Source: Auanema rhodensis
Lineage: Eukaryota > Animalia > Nematoda
DNA: 64,000 bases
Assembly: GCA_964057225.1 (NCBI GenBank)
Contig: OZ059896.1
Location: 15,748,001 to 15,812,000 of the forward strand
Direction of reading: 5' to 3'
Each line of letters begins with the position of its first letter. The first letter of the stretch is position 1. The translations under genes and the position numbers were made by a program. A model generated the notes under the pieces. It made no database searches and was not told the origin of the DNA. It worked only from the letters and a program-made list of their open reading frames with translations. Positions 22,740 through 45,500 of this stretch are shown here, piece by piece.

Positions 22740-25282
22740 ATCTGAAATAAAATATTAAAATTAAAGATTATTTACTGTTTGTTTTTAATAAATATAATAA
22801 TTAACAATGAAATATGAATAACTTAAATGATAAAAGTGGAAATATTATGTATAAGAAATGCTTTAAGCACAAAACAATTATGTGAAACTGATGAAAGTTC
22901 TTTGAAACTGAAACAAATCAATCATGTCAGTTTATAACAAAAGGGTAGGAACTATTCATTAGTGAAATAAATAAAAAAAATCTCTGATTAACTATAATAG
23001 AATATTTTTAAATTATTAATAAGATTATAATATATAGATTTGGTTTTTTAAATCTTAACAGAGCTACATTCAAAGCAATGCGTCTGAATCAAACTGTTTT
23101 GTTTGGGGATTGGAAGAAGCAGTTGCGAAGTTAAGAGAGAATGTAATCGGATTATGTGAAGCGCTGAAACAAACGGTTGTAAAAAACGAAAAATATATAA
23201 CATCTACTGATGATGACGATGATGATAACAGTAGAATGCTTGCATGCTCTTACAGCATGATTAAACATGGAAGGCGTGATGCGCTTTCATGACTTGCAAT
23301 ATGTATTATGCCGACTGAAGACGAGACGACAATCAATCGTTCTTTTTCTTGTAATCAACATCTATTTTTATATAAGATAGTGTTGATATATAAGAGAGAT
23401 TGAACAACACACGGAACAGGTTACGAGGCCATGTGGCCTTCTATAACGTCTACGTGAAGGGTGTGTTTCCCCTTTCCCTCTCGCCCGTCGGCATAACTAT
23501 TGTCACAAATCGAGAGTTGTGAATATGGCATAAACAGGTACCTGTCTGTCATCACATGAACATAGATGACCAGAAATATCTCATCCTTTATATTTAAAAA
23601 AATGGAATTTTATTAGAATTGAGTTCACCAATGGTGGTTAATTGATAATTCGGCTCTAGTGCATTTGTTGCCACCCACCCTTCAGTGTGGCGATAGTTCA
23701 ATTAATTTGTATTCATCTTTTCAACAACAACCCGGATTATTTGAAAGAAATTTTCCAGAAGTATCCCATATCTTGTAAAAATCCCGGCAATTCTGATCCG
23801 TAATCGAGTACTCTCCCACTTCCGGTACGTATTTAGATGATTTATTTACATGTGTAAATTATTTCAAAGAAAATTATTTGATACATATGAGCAGTTGCTA
23901 TCAGGATTTGCTTTATCAGTAATTTTCTTTTAATTATAGTATTAATTCATATAATTATATGAATAGTTATTTATTACAGTTCTATGTTATTTGCTAATAT
24001 AATTATTTTTTTTTTCAATGTAATTGCAAGTAGAATGTTTAAAAACTCATTTTGAGCTACACATCTCGTTCACACGTTCTCTAACCTTCTAACCGCCTAC
24101 AAAAACTTTTTCTTTAAAGTATCCACGATTTTAAATTGAAATAGGATAAGCTGGAATTCAATCATCTTTTCCGATTTTGTTTCATTTTTCATTTTTTTTT
24201 GATAAACTTGATATTAAGTATTATAACAAATGTTTTGAAAGTGCATGTGTAATTTGAAAAATAACTTAATTTTCCTTTTTGTATTTTAATTAAATGAAAT
24301 ATTAATTTTTTAATTGATTGATTAGTTAATTGAAAATTAGTTTAAAAATAGCCATTCCAGCTTTAATTATAAATGGAGATTTAGAAATGTAAAGAGATAA
24401 GATAAATCCTCACCTATTTACCGCATTAATTATAATTAAAAACTAAAATAAATAAATATTTAAAATTTGAAAAAAATAATAGAAATCTTTTATAAAAAAA
24501 AAGAAAAAAAAACAATTATACAATATTTCTAAAATACACATGAAATCAATTAAAACCCCATTAAACAACGTATCACAACTTGAGAAGATATAGTGGTTAA
24601 TGAATTGCCAAAAAACGGTTCAAACAACTTTTTTCGGAATAAAAATTGAAAAAAAAATGCTCAGAAAGGCAAGCAATAAAACCTTGTTATTTTATACAAA
24701 AAAAGAATATTTGTAAAAATTATTGAAAAATTGAGCTTTGAAAGCAATGAAAACGACAGTTTCTAGTTGGCTGTTTTGAATTTTGGCATTTCATTTAAGG
24801 CCTGAATACATACAGATATAATACAACTTTGAAGCTTTTCTTCGTTAAACAAAAAGAAAATTAATATAAATTAAGTAATTAAGCTCATAATTAAGCTCTA
24901 TTAAAATGACTAGCTTAAAGTGGTGGTACAAGTTTGTTTCTTGGCTATGATTGGTTACAACTTCTCTGATTATTTTTAAAAAAAGAAATGACGACAAAGA
25001 AAGGAGAAGGGAAATTACAGAAAGAAATTGGAAAAAAGAAAGGTTGAAAGTTTAACAAAAACAGCGGAGAGAGGTATGGCATTCAGCGAATTATGGAGAA
25101 AAAGCGAAAAAACAAAACAATAATTTGATATGTTTGTACGAATGATATTGATGATAATCCGTTTTCACATTATATACTATACATATATTATATAATATTC
25201 TATGCAGATAAACTATATTAAAATCTATTTCATAATATAAAAATATATAATTATTGTATTAAACATATGATGATGACGTTGT

Positions 25283-33340
<8,058 letters not shown>

Positions 33341-35825
33341 CTGAAACATAGTTGAATACATGAAAAATGAAAAGATTTGTAGAAAAAAAAGGATTTTTTA
33401 AATATTTTTAATTTTATATAGGTTAGAACTTAGAATTCAATGCTTATTATATAATATAAATTAGTATAGGGTTATAATTATAAAATTAAATACTAATAAT
33501 ACATGAAATAGTTGATTATATAATTTATATTATTATATATTTATATATATATATATATATATATAAAGTTTTAAGCTTTTTGTTAAAACTAAAAGAAACA
33601 ATTTCTTGGATGATTCATACGTGTAAAAAGCTATTCATAGGTGTCACATCATGACAAGGAAAATGAGAATGACAAGCAAGAGATGATATGAAATAGAAAT
33701 TACTATATGAATTTGAAAGGAAAAATAAGAAAATTCAATATAAATCTCATATCATATATATAAGAAAAATATTTTACGTTATAACATTAATAGTTAGCAC
33801 ACATATACACAGAGCTCTACATATATATATATATCTGCACAATGCTTTTGTATATATGATTCTGATGAGAACATGTAACAACAAATAAAATGATTATTTT
33901 GTTTATAGTAAAATAGAAAACAGGAAGATATATTAAAAACAGACGTATAGTTATAATCACATAATTATACCTTCAAAAATTAGTTTTGTTCACGAATTGT
34001 TGAACGATTTTCTGAACCCAAATAGGCCGATATTTGCATGAATCTGTGGGCGAATCGGATTAGTTGCTGACAACTGTATGGCAAACGGAAAGACTTTCTC
34101 ACTTTTTCCGTTCATTTCTCTCTTTTGTCCTTTATATCAGTAAACCTCTTCGAATTATTACTTCTCTCCCTCTAAACTATCTCTCTCTCTCACTTTTTCT
34201 CTCTCTTCCTCTCTCTCACTCTCTGTATCTGTCTCTCTCTCACACACACACACAATCTCCTACTCTTCTTCTAAATATGCATATACATATCTCATATGGA
34301 AGTGCATTCATCAACTATTCAAGCATCGAAGTAAAGTTAAGCTCATTGTTATCATTTCTTTTCATTTTTCATTTATTTTTTCACAACTTTTTGAAATAAA
34401 AAAAAGTTTTATGAAACATGATGATAACGCTAATTTCATCAATCGATTCAGTTTCAAGAAGGAAAAAAAGGTTATAAGAAATCGACAAATTCAACTAAGC
34501 TAATATCAACTGTAATAATCCTATAGATTAACGTTTATAAAACATTTTTGTTCAAAATGAAACACACAAATGGACAGTTAGTTTGGTCAAATTGAATGTT
34601 CGATGATAAGCAATTTCGAAAAGACTATAATCAATTCAATTTGTTATATGATTCAAAAGCTATAGGATTTAGAAAACTTAAAGCTGTTCAAATAGATTCC
34701 AAATTAAATTTTTAGGGAGAAAAACTGTTAGCAGTAGTGAAAATGAACATCTGATAGCAATTGAGAGAGAGAGAGAGAGAGAGAGAAAGAAACCATTCAG
34801 GACACACATGAACAATGGTTTCAGTTAGAAGTAACATATTAAATGGAGAGTATAGAGAAGAAAAAAGTTCTTTCAACCATATACAGCAATCATTTTTTTC
34901 GGAAAAAAGCAAATAAATTCATCCTCATCTATGTCTCTATGTCTATTAAGCTTTTCTATGTAATATAGCTTGTTAGATCAAATAATAGATAGCATGTTTA
35001 TAGCTTTTTTTTTTGATAAATTTTCATTAAAATGGAAAACATTTTATATTTAAAGTATATTTGAAAGAAAAAGACATATCACCATACATTGTTCATTTCT
35101 CTCTCTAATGAATGAGCATAAAAAAATTAGAAACTTGAAATGAAATCATAAGCATTAATGCTGCAAAGTTGGAAAAATGACAGCAATTATAAACGTATTA
35201 GTGATGATTATTATGATGATGTTTGAAAAATAATATAGATAATCATTATGGTTAAAACATTATTATCATCATCATCATAACTTATATATATATATATAAT
35301 TGTATAATACATAGGAAAAGCTGGAATGAGTTTGAAAAAATAGAGAAAATATGAAAAGAAGACTGTCACATGCAACGGAAATTAATCTTTCTATAGCTAT
35401 TTCAAATGATATTACTATTTCATTGGCTTTTTATCTAAAAATTAAATAAAAAGTTTAAAAAACGATCGACAAAGCTTGTAGTTTGAATTCATTAGCAATA
35501 GCCACATCATGAACCGAATCATTTTCAATGTCTGGATCCATATGATGACGAGGGCAAAATCAATGAATCAGACCTATAGGTTGGGCAGAACTGATAAGCC
35601 TATGAGCACACGTCAATGCTTCATCATGATTTGATAAGGCAATGCTCAAATGAGAAGTTGTAATTATGAAGGAAAAATGAGTTTTTTTTTTCAATTTTGA
35701 AACAACTCATACATATCTATGGATATGTATATATGGATATGTTGATTATAATTCTTTGTATGCTCCTATCCTTCATTTCCTTTCATAACTCTCTCTCAAT
35801 CTCTGTCTACCGGTATTTCTCTCTA

Positions 35826-35856
<31 letters not shown>

Positions 35857-38800
35857 ATCTCTCTCATCCTTTCTACTATTAGTATCCTCAATCTATTTCA
35901 TCCTCCTACGCTTAGAAATCTTCTAATATTTTATGCAAAACCTACTAATTCTTCTACATCTATACAATATACAGTGAATGTTATATTATATTGATTATTA
36001 TTGATTTATTTTATAAATTAAAAAAAATATATTATTTCTTCATATTAATAAAACATCTCTTGTAACATCATTGTCCTCCTGAACTGAACCTTGTTTCCAT
36101 GGGAATTTCACTAGTCCGTTCATGCAAAAACTCGTGTTTAACCAGCTAACGATGGATTTCGTATGAATAGAAAGTCAAAACAGTAAATCCACAACGATTT
36201 TCATCACAATCATTTCCAAATGGAACAAACATAAACATTATTGAAAAATGCTAGAACAAGCTTTAATGTTGTATCAAGCATGCATCACCCAGTCATTATA
36301 GTTTGACTTCTCTTTGATCCTTCCTCCCTTCCTTCTTTCTCATTTCAAGGAAAATCAAACAAGAACACAACGATCCTACTACTCTCACAGGTTAACAATG
36401 CTCAAAATAAAGACAAAAATAAGTTTTAGTTGTCGACAAATTTGGTCATCGAGCGGGATTGGCATAACGAAATCTAGATCCCAATTTCAATTGTACTTCT
36501 CGTGGTTGAAAGAAGACAAATGATTCATCATCTATTTGTATAAGAAACAGCTATGGAAATATGACGTTTGTAAGATGTCAGAGTTAAATTCAATCACAAT
36601 GTCAATAACTGTCTTCGTTATATATATATACATGTGTGTGTATGTGTGTTCAAAAAGAAAAAAATGGCAGAAAACCATTTAACTAGGGTTAGTTAGCTCG
36701 AAACCTCGGTGAACGATAAACTAGCTGACGAAAAGTCTTGACATTTGTCACCATTTTTCTTCAAAATATTGAAATATTTGTGAAAGTTCACGTATTCAAT
36801 CGAAACATTATTATATCAAATTTAACGTAAAAGGAGAATGATAAGATGAATATGAGAAATAGAAGATATAGAAATCTTACTAATAATCACAACTAAAGTA
36901 AGTTTAAAACTTTAAAACTTTAGGAAAAGTGAGAAAGAAATTCACAAATATCATATGTTTAAAGAAGTAATGTTTACATAACTATGATAAACAATGATAA
37001 TATTGTAAAAAGAATAAATTATAAATAATCTTTCATATTCTTTGTATGTAAAATAAAGAGAAAAGATAAATAGTTAATGATGATGATGATACTCATGTTG
37101 TAGTAGATACATATCATACATAGATTAGATCATTTTCTAGTTCTTATATGAAATATTTTGAAACAAAAAAGGAGAAATAAGGAAGAAATTTCCTTGTTCT
37201 CTTTTTCTTTTTTTGGCCAGATGATTTGAATTGCATCATGACAACATGCAAAACGAGACGATACAAAACAATACTTGCTCAAAATTATAGAAAAATAATT
37301 TTTTCGTTGAAAAAAAAGAAAAAAATCAAAAAAGGCTCACCCATTGATGTAGATACAGCTGTTTTAGAGACTTATGTCTTGGTAACGTGTCTGTATGTGC
37401 TTGCACGTGTGTGTATTGTGTGTTGTGTGAGAGGTAGATTTCTATCAACGGTATCGTTCTATCATATTCTGATGAATCGCACAGTGCTTGAAGCTGCTCG
37501 AAGTCGAAGTCGAAGTCGAAAATGGGGACCAAATAGAAATGAATATGGTCGAATATAAGAAAACAATTGTTGAGCAACGGACACTGAAAAAGAAAATTTC
37601 AATTGAAACATCATAGATACAACATAGTTTTACATATAACGTCTAGGTAACGTGAAAATAAAAAAATTTCAATGCAAACTGAAGAATTTGAAAAAAATTG
37701 TGGATTTAAGCATATTGAAGTGAAGAGTTAGTTGCCATTCAGTAAAACAGATGAAAATGTAGTCTTATTTCAGAGATTCATGAGCAAACAAGCTGTAGAT
37801 AAAGTTTCTCTTGCAAATATATTAGATATAACCAACTTACTTACAAGCATATCATAGATTATATGCTATAGAAATTGAATAAGAATAGAGAAAATGAAGG
37901 AAAAACACATATTATAAGGATATATGTATACAACTACATGCATACTAACCATATCATGTGGCTGAGAAGTCAAGAAAGTAAATATGAGTAGCAGTCAAAA
38001 TGGTATTGTAATGACGTCATAAAATATTAAATAATTAAAATTTTTGAGAAAACTTCTAATAAGAGGACAAGGAAAGACAAAAGACGTAATTGATAATAAG
38101 ATAAAGAATAAAATATATATTATATTATATATTTAATAATGTGTTAAATTAATATAAATATTATAAGAATTTCTTCTGTCTATCGTCTACAAACTTACTA
38201 CTTACTCACCAATGTCATCATAATAAGAAGTTGTGAATAAACAAATAAAAAAAAGTATAAAAAGAATATTTCAATATATAGTTACATATATCATATATAG
38301 TTAGATAGTAAAAAGTTCTACTTTTATTATCCGCTATTTATTATCTCTTCATTTTCAATCAAAAAAACTTTTCTATTTATCGCTTCTGTTAGCAAATCAA
38401 TCAATCAATATTTGATTTTAAATATCCTAAATATCCAAATATATATATATATATATATATAAATTTCTATAGAGAAATATAAATATTAAATATTTTTTTG
38501 ATTAGTATCATGAGAAAAAGTAATTAAATAAGAAAATTAATTATAAAGAAAAGAATAAGTGAATAGCGTTATTATACAAAACTTTCAGCAACATTATATC
38601 GTAATAATCTTAATCTCATACTAAAATTTCATTTTTAAACATTAATATAAAAGTTTTTTATATTTCAAATATATATTTAATTATTTTATTTTCTTATTTA
38701 CATATTTCAATCATGAGAAACCTTTTCAAGCTTATATTAAGACATATATGCTGATGAGAACAATCAACTTAAATAAGTATGATGATGTGGTTGTATGGAA

Positions 38801-39736
38801 AATAACAATATGGAATAGAAAAGTTGGAGATCGGCAGAGTAAATTTGAAGTAAAACAAAGAAAAAGGACAACTGCCCTAACTGCAACTTATCGGTATAGA
38901 GGATACAGAGAGACCAGAAAGAAAGTCGATTCTCAATATCAGTTTTGACTGGTGAGGGAACACAGTCACAAATGATTCAAGAATTAAGCGAAATTATAGT
39001 TTTATGATTGAAAAGTAAATTATGAAGAATTTGATGATCTTCAATAGAAAATATTTTTTTTAATTTTGGGTCTATAAATTGAAAGTATAAAACATGTAAC
39101 GACATAGAACAATAGTTATATTAGGCAAGAAGCCTAAAATAGTAGAGCAGCTTCATCGAAAAAAAGGAAAAAGTATACAGAATGTTAGCAAAACGATATT
39201 TTGTGCGCGAAAATTATCTTTTTTTCCTTTCTCAAAACAAAAGAATGGCAGAGACTGGGGCCAAGACAGTGAGATATTGATCGAGTTCAATCAGAGAATA
39301 TGATGAAAGAGATTATTGGGAAAGAATTTCAAAAAGAATAAATCAGTATAGGAAAGATAATATCATTTTGAGATATGCTTATTACCTGAGTACCTGAGCC
39401 AAGTGCCGGGAAACCGTTGTTGAGGGAAAGAATTAGATCGATTCGTTGCCTGGGGAAGGAATAGTAGTCAATGTGGGAATGCGAGGATAGAAGAGAAGCA
39501 CGTATATAGTCGGCGAGAATGAGAAATCTAAATGAATATATCGCCTTTCCATTAGGTAACTTCAAAAGGATCAGGAAGATTAAGCTGTAGGAAAGAGGCA
39601 AGGATGAGAGAAAATGAGAGAGAGGGTGGTAACTAATTCAGAAAGAATTTTCAGAGCATAAGATGGCAAGAGAAAGAGAAACAGGTAGAGAATTGGAGGA
39701 TACTATGTAAGAATCAGCAAGATGAAGAGAGGGGGA

Positions 39737-39740
<4 letters not shown>

Positions 39741-39776
<36 letters not shown>

Positions 39777-39805
39777 GATACATAGAGAGAGAGATACATA
39801 TAGAG
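39741..39805. repeat. (GA)n-rich microsatellite
   Basis: Direct reading. Confidence 0.9.
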
Positions 39806-41599
39806 AAATGGAGATTTGATACTGCACCGTCTCGGGTACATACATTCATGTAGTACATTGGCTCTCTCTCTTATTCTGAAAATATACATGTAACTCAATC
39901 TAAAAGCCTAGAATTCTATCGCTAATTTTTATTTTAATAAGTAAATAACTAATTATATGCTATATTCAAATAAAGTTTTATGACATTTCGCATAGTTAGC
40001 CAGATATTTCATAATGATTTTACAACAATGCTCAAAGCAACGTATCTAGCTAGTAATATAGCTATTTCTAACTAGTTATAAGTAAAGTTATGATGACAAA
40101 TAGGTTAGTTGAATGAAATTTCTCATCGATAACGACGACAGCTTTTCTTTCTTCAATAGACAATAATTATACTAGACATTCAAATAATACTATAAATCTT
40201 AGATCTATCTATGTATCTATCTATCTATAGATATTACTATATACATATAACTACTTTGCAAAATATCTTTAGTCAGAACAGAATAATAGAGAAAATATGA
40301 CAACAAATGAAGAGAATGAGAAAAGAAAGTTGAAAAATTGATTTGTTGAAGAAAAATTTAATTAAAATGTTAATTTTAGAAATCAGTAATATCAATAACA
40401 TCAGCTTTTACACATATACATATACATATATAAGATTGAATAGGAATAGTAAAGAAAGAGAGGTTCAATTCCTGAAATAGAAAAGGTACGCACACTGTGA
40501 ATGGATAGTTTGTTTGTCATTATTGTGAGTCAAATTTTCAAATAGTTTAGATTTCTTATTTTTTATTCGTTTTTCATTATATATTCTAAGAATTGAGAGA
40601 AGAATTATATTAAAAACTAAAGATATTATAGAATAATAGCCTAGAACTCGTGATTTTGAAATTGGCTTAGTCTAAGAAGCCCCACGAATTTAGGAAAGCT
40701 TAGATGCCTTAAGATGAAGCTGTACACGCTGTTGAACTATATTGCCATTCCAAGAGTGTTCAATGGTGCAACAGATCAGTATAAACCATTCGGCATTCTT
40801 TTCGTCTGCTTTCCGGACAGAAAACGGATGCCGACACTAAACTCGTTGACGTCGAGCACAACGTTCGTCAACAGAAGGCCGAGTGACGAGTTCGATGAGC
40901 AAACATAGGTGGGAATGAGAAAATTGCTGAGCGACGACCGGAATGGAGATAACTTCAGATAATTTTTTAAATTGATCTATCCGATTTGATTGAAACTTCC
41001 GGTTCCGGAAGAAAAATATATTACTTAGTGCATGGAAAGATTAAAGTTGAATGCATGCCATGGATTCTAGAAATGCACATGCAGTAGCGGTATCGGATTG
41101 ATCTTCTGAAGCAAAACCAGAAACATAGTAAGTTTATGGAGGAAAAATAGAAAAGATAAATAAAGTATCGTCATGTGATACAACATTCAATTCACGCGAG
41201 AAAAGTATATATAAAGTTTGAGAATACTGCTCTAAATCATATTTAAAATAAAATAAATTATTTTAAGATACCGGAAAGGTATAAGATATACATACATACA
41301 TATCTTGTATAAAGAAATTATAAAAATATAAAATATTCATCATAATATTTTATTTAATATATTATTTATATAGCAGATTGTAATAGAAATGTGAAAATAA
41401 TTATTTGGCTCTGATGAAAGTTCGTGAGAAGCTAAGAAAACAACGCAACCTATTCAATATGCTAATTAAGCGTGACTCTTTGCGTGCAGTAATATGAAAG
41501 CATGGAAAATCATTTTTACAGTTTGAAAGCTAAATGAATGGTTGTATTCGACTGCAATTCAAATTTATACAGTAACATCCGTTGTTATAGGAAACAACT

Positions 41600-42340
41600 C
41601 ACGGAAAATCACTTCACACAATATGATGAGATGGTTGAACTGAATGTTTCTAGCGACGACTTTCCAACTTCACAAGACTGAGATAGACTAAGTAAATGAG
41701 AGAGTAAGCGAAATAATTGACTACTGGAAACATGTCTTATGAATGAAAGATAACTACCATTTGTTAAATAAACTTGTAGTAGCATGCTTAACCGTTTGCT
41801 CTTTGGCAAACAAGATCAACAGACATTGAAAGAAATTGTCAATGAATGGCAATTCGTTCAAATAAAGTTGGATATATTGAATGTCGTTTTAAGAAATATT
41901 CAGACTCACTATAATGACTTTCAGCTATATTGAAGATTCAAAACAGCATGTTCAATAATAACTAATAAATCAAGATCAAACTAATGAAAGTCTTGAAGAC
42001 AAGGAGAAGAGTGGGAGGCGGATGTCATAGTTCAAACAGGACGTTTGTAGGCAACTCGAGAGCGGAAGAGCAAATACATTTTATGAAGCAGAATACGCAA
42101 CGAACTACACGAACTGTACCTCTCCCAAATTCATGGGTTTCCTAACTATAACTTGAACAAACACATGTAAGGAAAAGACAACTATGCGCTACCGAAGGCG
42201 AAATTTCAAAGGTTATGTCAGCAATCGTTGAAACAGGAAAGTCCAACAGCTGTGAAAAGCTAACAGAAAACGTTCTGGATCATATCGTTTGTCTCGATCA
42301 CAGTTCAAGTAGAATTGTATAATTTATTTCGAAGAGTGGC
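41600..42340 (+). pseudogene. Possible decayed coding or transposase remnant (hAT C-terminal-like)
   Basis: Less AT-rich, intronless stretch with stop-interrupted frames. 41710-41810 reads IIDYWKHVL*MKDNYHLLNKLVVACLTVCS, reminiscent of the hAT dimerization-region pattern (W...Y..L..L...L). No TIRs were found. Confidence 0.25.
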
Positions 42341-42530
42341 GTGATAGAAAGAAAAAACAATGCTTGAAAATTGAGAAAAGTACAATGCTGGACTTATAGT
42401 CTCACCCCTATCCTTATCCTCTAAATACATGTTAGTGCAACTACATTAATTTTGCAAAAAAATGTGAACAATCTTCTTATAACAAATAAAAATAGTTTAA
42501 ATAGTAAGAAATATCTAAAAATGGGACACT

Positions 42531-45500
42531 TTATTGAGCATCATCCATTCTACAGCAGAAATACACTGGTGCCATTTTCATCTTATCGTTTGAACCCTAA
42601 GAATTTTAGCTATGAAGATCTTTACAAAATTTTTAAAATACCTTAATAAGACCTTCATCATCGTCGCAAGACAATAATTGACCCATGAATCCCGTTTCAT
42701 CTCCGTAGATAACGCGAGTCTGAAAATAATGTTCGTGTCAGGCGTCTGGAAACAATGATACTCACATGTTCATGAACCTTCGGTCGCACAGGTAGAATTT
42801 GGTCAAAATCTGCATCAACCTGGGTATCATAATCAAGAAGCATGACTTGACAACGTCCATCCTGTAAAACAAACACAAATAAAAACCGAAGTAAATGACA
42901 AGAAAAACCTCGACTCTCTTAATGATTCCTTCTCTGTCATGATAACGACTGTCATCGTGGTTATTTTTAATGGTGACAAAAAGATTCTCCATAACCCATT
43001 CTCCATTTTCCAAGAAGTGGTATGCTATAATGATATGATATAACTTGAACGACAACTTAGCTTACGTATTTCATTTCCTCCTCCACCTCCATTATCATAT
43101 GATCCTCGTACGTAGGGTGATGGAGCTGAATAATCACCATACATACCTCCTGGGGTCATAGGATTATAATTTCCTTAACATAAGATATCAATTACTCATT
43201 AAAACAAGTAGCGTTTGACTCTTTTCTTGAATCAACAAGAGCTTACCTGGTGTTTGTGGGTTAAGCATATTGCCAGGAGTGGGTACGCTATAGGCAGGAG
43301 AAGAGGGTTGCTCATAGTGTGGTCCTCCGTCCTGAAGAAAATGGTTTTTGGATTCCAAAAAAACATAAAAACAAACATCATCTTCGTCGTCGCTACTGTC
43401 CCTGTCGTTATCTCTGGCTGGAGTGGCGGCTGGCTCATAAGCAGGAGTTCTTCCGCCATCATACGCGGGAGTTCTAGCACCGTCATAAGCAGGCGTTCTG
43501 CTTCCGTCATAAGCAGGTGTTCGTCCCCCATCATAAGCTGGAGTTCTTCCACCATCATGAGCTGGTGTCCGCCCTACAAAAGGTGAAAATCTATCAAGAT
43601 TTGATTAAGAGAATCGAACCTCCATCATATGCTGGTGTTCTTCCTCCATCGTATCCGGGAGTCATACCACCATAATGGGGTGTGCGGCCACTATCGTGCA
43701 TAGGAGTCTGAGCTCCATACATAGGAGTTTGAGCTCCATACATTGGTGTCTTAGCACTAGTGTACATTGGTGTCCGACCGTCATCGAAGGCAGCCGGAGT
43801 TCTGCTGTACATATTGGTAACAGATCCTCCAGGAGTTCCATCACCGACAAGCAGAATTCTTGATCTATCAACAGAGATGGTCTAAGAATAAACATATTAC
43901 ATATACGACAAAATATGTTAACAAGATACTTTGCATTGTGTATGAAGCTCCACTCGGACTGTTTGCTCAGTAGCATCTTTCACAATTCCAAAATAGCCCT
44001 TGAGAGGACCTTGAGTAATACGAACACTCTTTCCTATTAACGTATTATCACGTCTGGCTCGAGTAGGGTTATTAAGAGGAGGTCCCATAGCTCCAGCTAA
44101 AAAAATTAGAATAAACATGTATCGTTAAAACTTCTAACTTGTAGTGCTGCCACCAGGTGTTTGTCCACCGCGCATACTTCTTCCGGAAACACTTTGAGCA
44201 GGGGTCATACCACCGTAAACACTAGCGTTATCAGCCCTTCTTGGAGACATGAAAGGATTTGGCGTGATCATTAAACGATTCATAGTTGGCATCTCCGCAG
44301 CTGAATAGCAAACGTTTAAAAATAAATATGATTAAAATCTTACATTTAGGCTTTGACCCAACTAACAGAAGGTGGCGTGGCTTACAAACAAATACTCCTC
44401 CATTCTCAGTATGACGACGTGAATAAACAAATGCAAATGAACGATACAAATGCTTGATCTCTCCTTGCTTTTCCTCTTCTTTGTCTTTCTTAGCCTAAAT
44501 CAGAGTTATGCATAGACTCCATTCAAGGTAAAAATCCATACAGCATGTGGACCATCAATGATTTTAACCATATCTTTGACTTCAATTGTGTTTTGCTGAC
44601 TGTCAAGAGCTTTAATATTTCTGCTATCCTTTTTACACTGGATGGATTGAGGTTTAACACGCACAATCTAAATTTCAAGCGTAACAAACTTATTTTAGTT
44701 GATGAGAGAATGAACCTTTCCCTGCATCGTTAAAATTTCTACATGTTCTTTCTCCAAACGGGTAATAACTCCAGCAGTTTGTTGATCTATCATAACTAAA
44801 TCATGATACTGGTATTGACCAAGTGAATCAACTCCAGTAGTAACGTCAGCACAGAGTTGTACATCCCGAGGACGAACTTTCATCTGAATGAAATTCAATC
44901 TAGGTACCATAGTAATGGATAACCAACCTCAGCCACTCCCAAATCACTGATTACCACAACCATGTTCGCCTCCACACGAACAATCATACCCGTATCACCT
45001 TCATATCGTCCACCGATAACCTTGATATGATCTCCAGCTTTGAAGAACTTTTTCAATTCGAATGCATTCAAAGTTAAAGCTTCCTGAGTTAAACAGTAAT
45101 AATAACGTATAATTTCGATTGAAGTTTTACCTTTAAGTCTTCGTGTTCAGGAATAATGACAACCTTATCACCATCTACACTTTCTACTTTACCACGCAGA
45201 TTAACCAATTCTCCTTCAGTTACTTCTATAGTATCTCCAGGAGCAAAATTATGTCCCTTTTCTCTTACTGTAGTAGCTTCCACTGTAAATTACTGAGTTT
45301 AGAAGATTTCAAACAAACAGATTCATACATTCTTTTTTGAGATCATCGTTAGTTTCTTGGAAGATTTCTAGCTCTGCTAATGTAGGCTTAACGCCATCGG
45401 CAACCTAGAAAAACAGTGATTAGATTTTGAGATAATCAAAATATTTACAATAGCGTTCATAGGGAATGATTTATACAAAAATCCTCGTCGATAATGACCA

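Noticed and set aside
23110-23292. 60-aa + strand ORF with a poly-Asp run
   Set aside because: TTG start, (GAT)n-derived acidic run, and no linked exons or motif.
43215-43976. Several overlapping ORFs over the spt-5 CTR
   Set aside because: Alternative-frame or antisense by-products of the repeat-coding exons.
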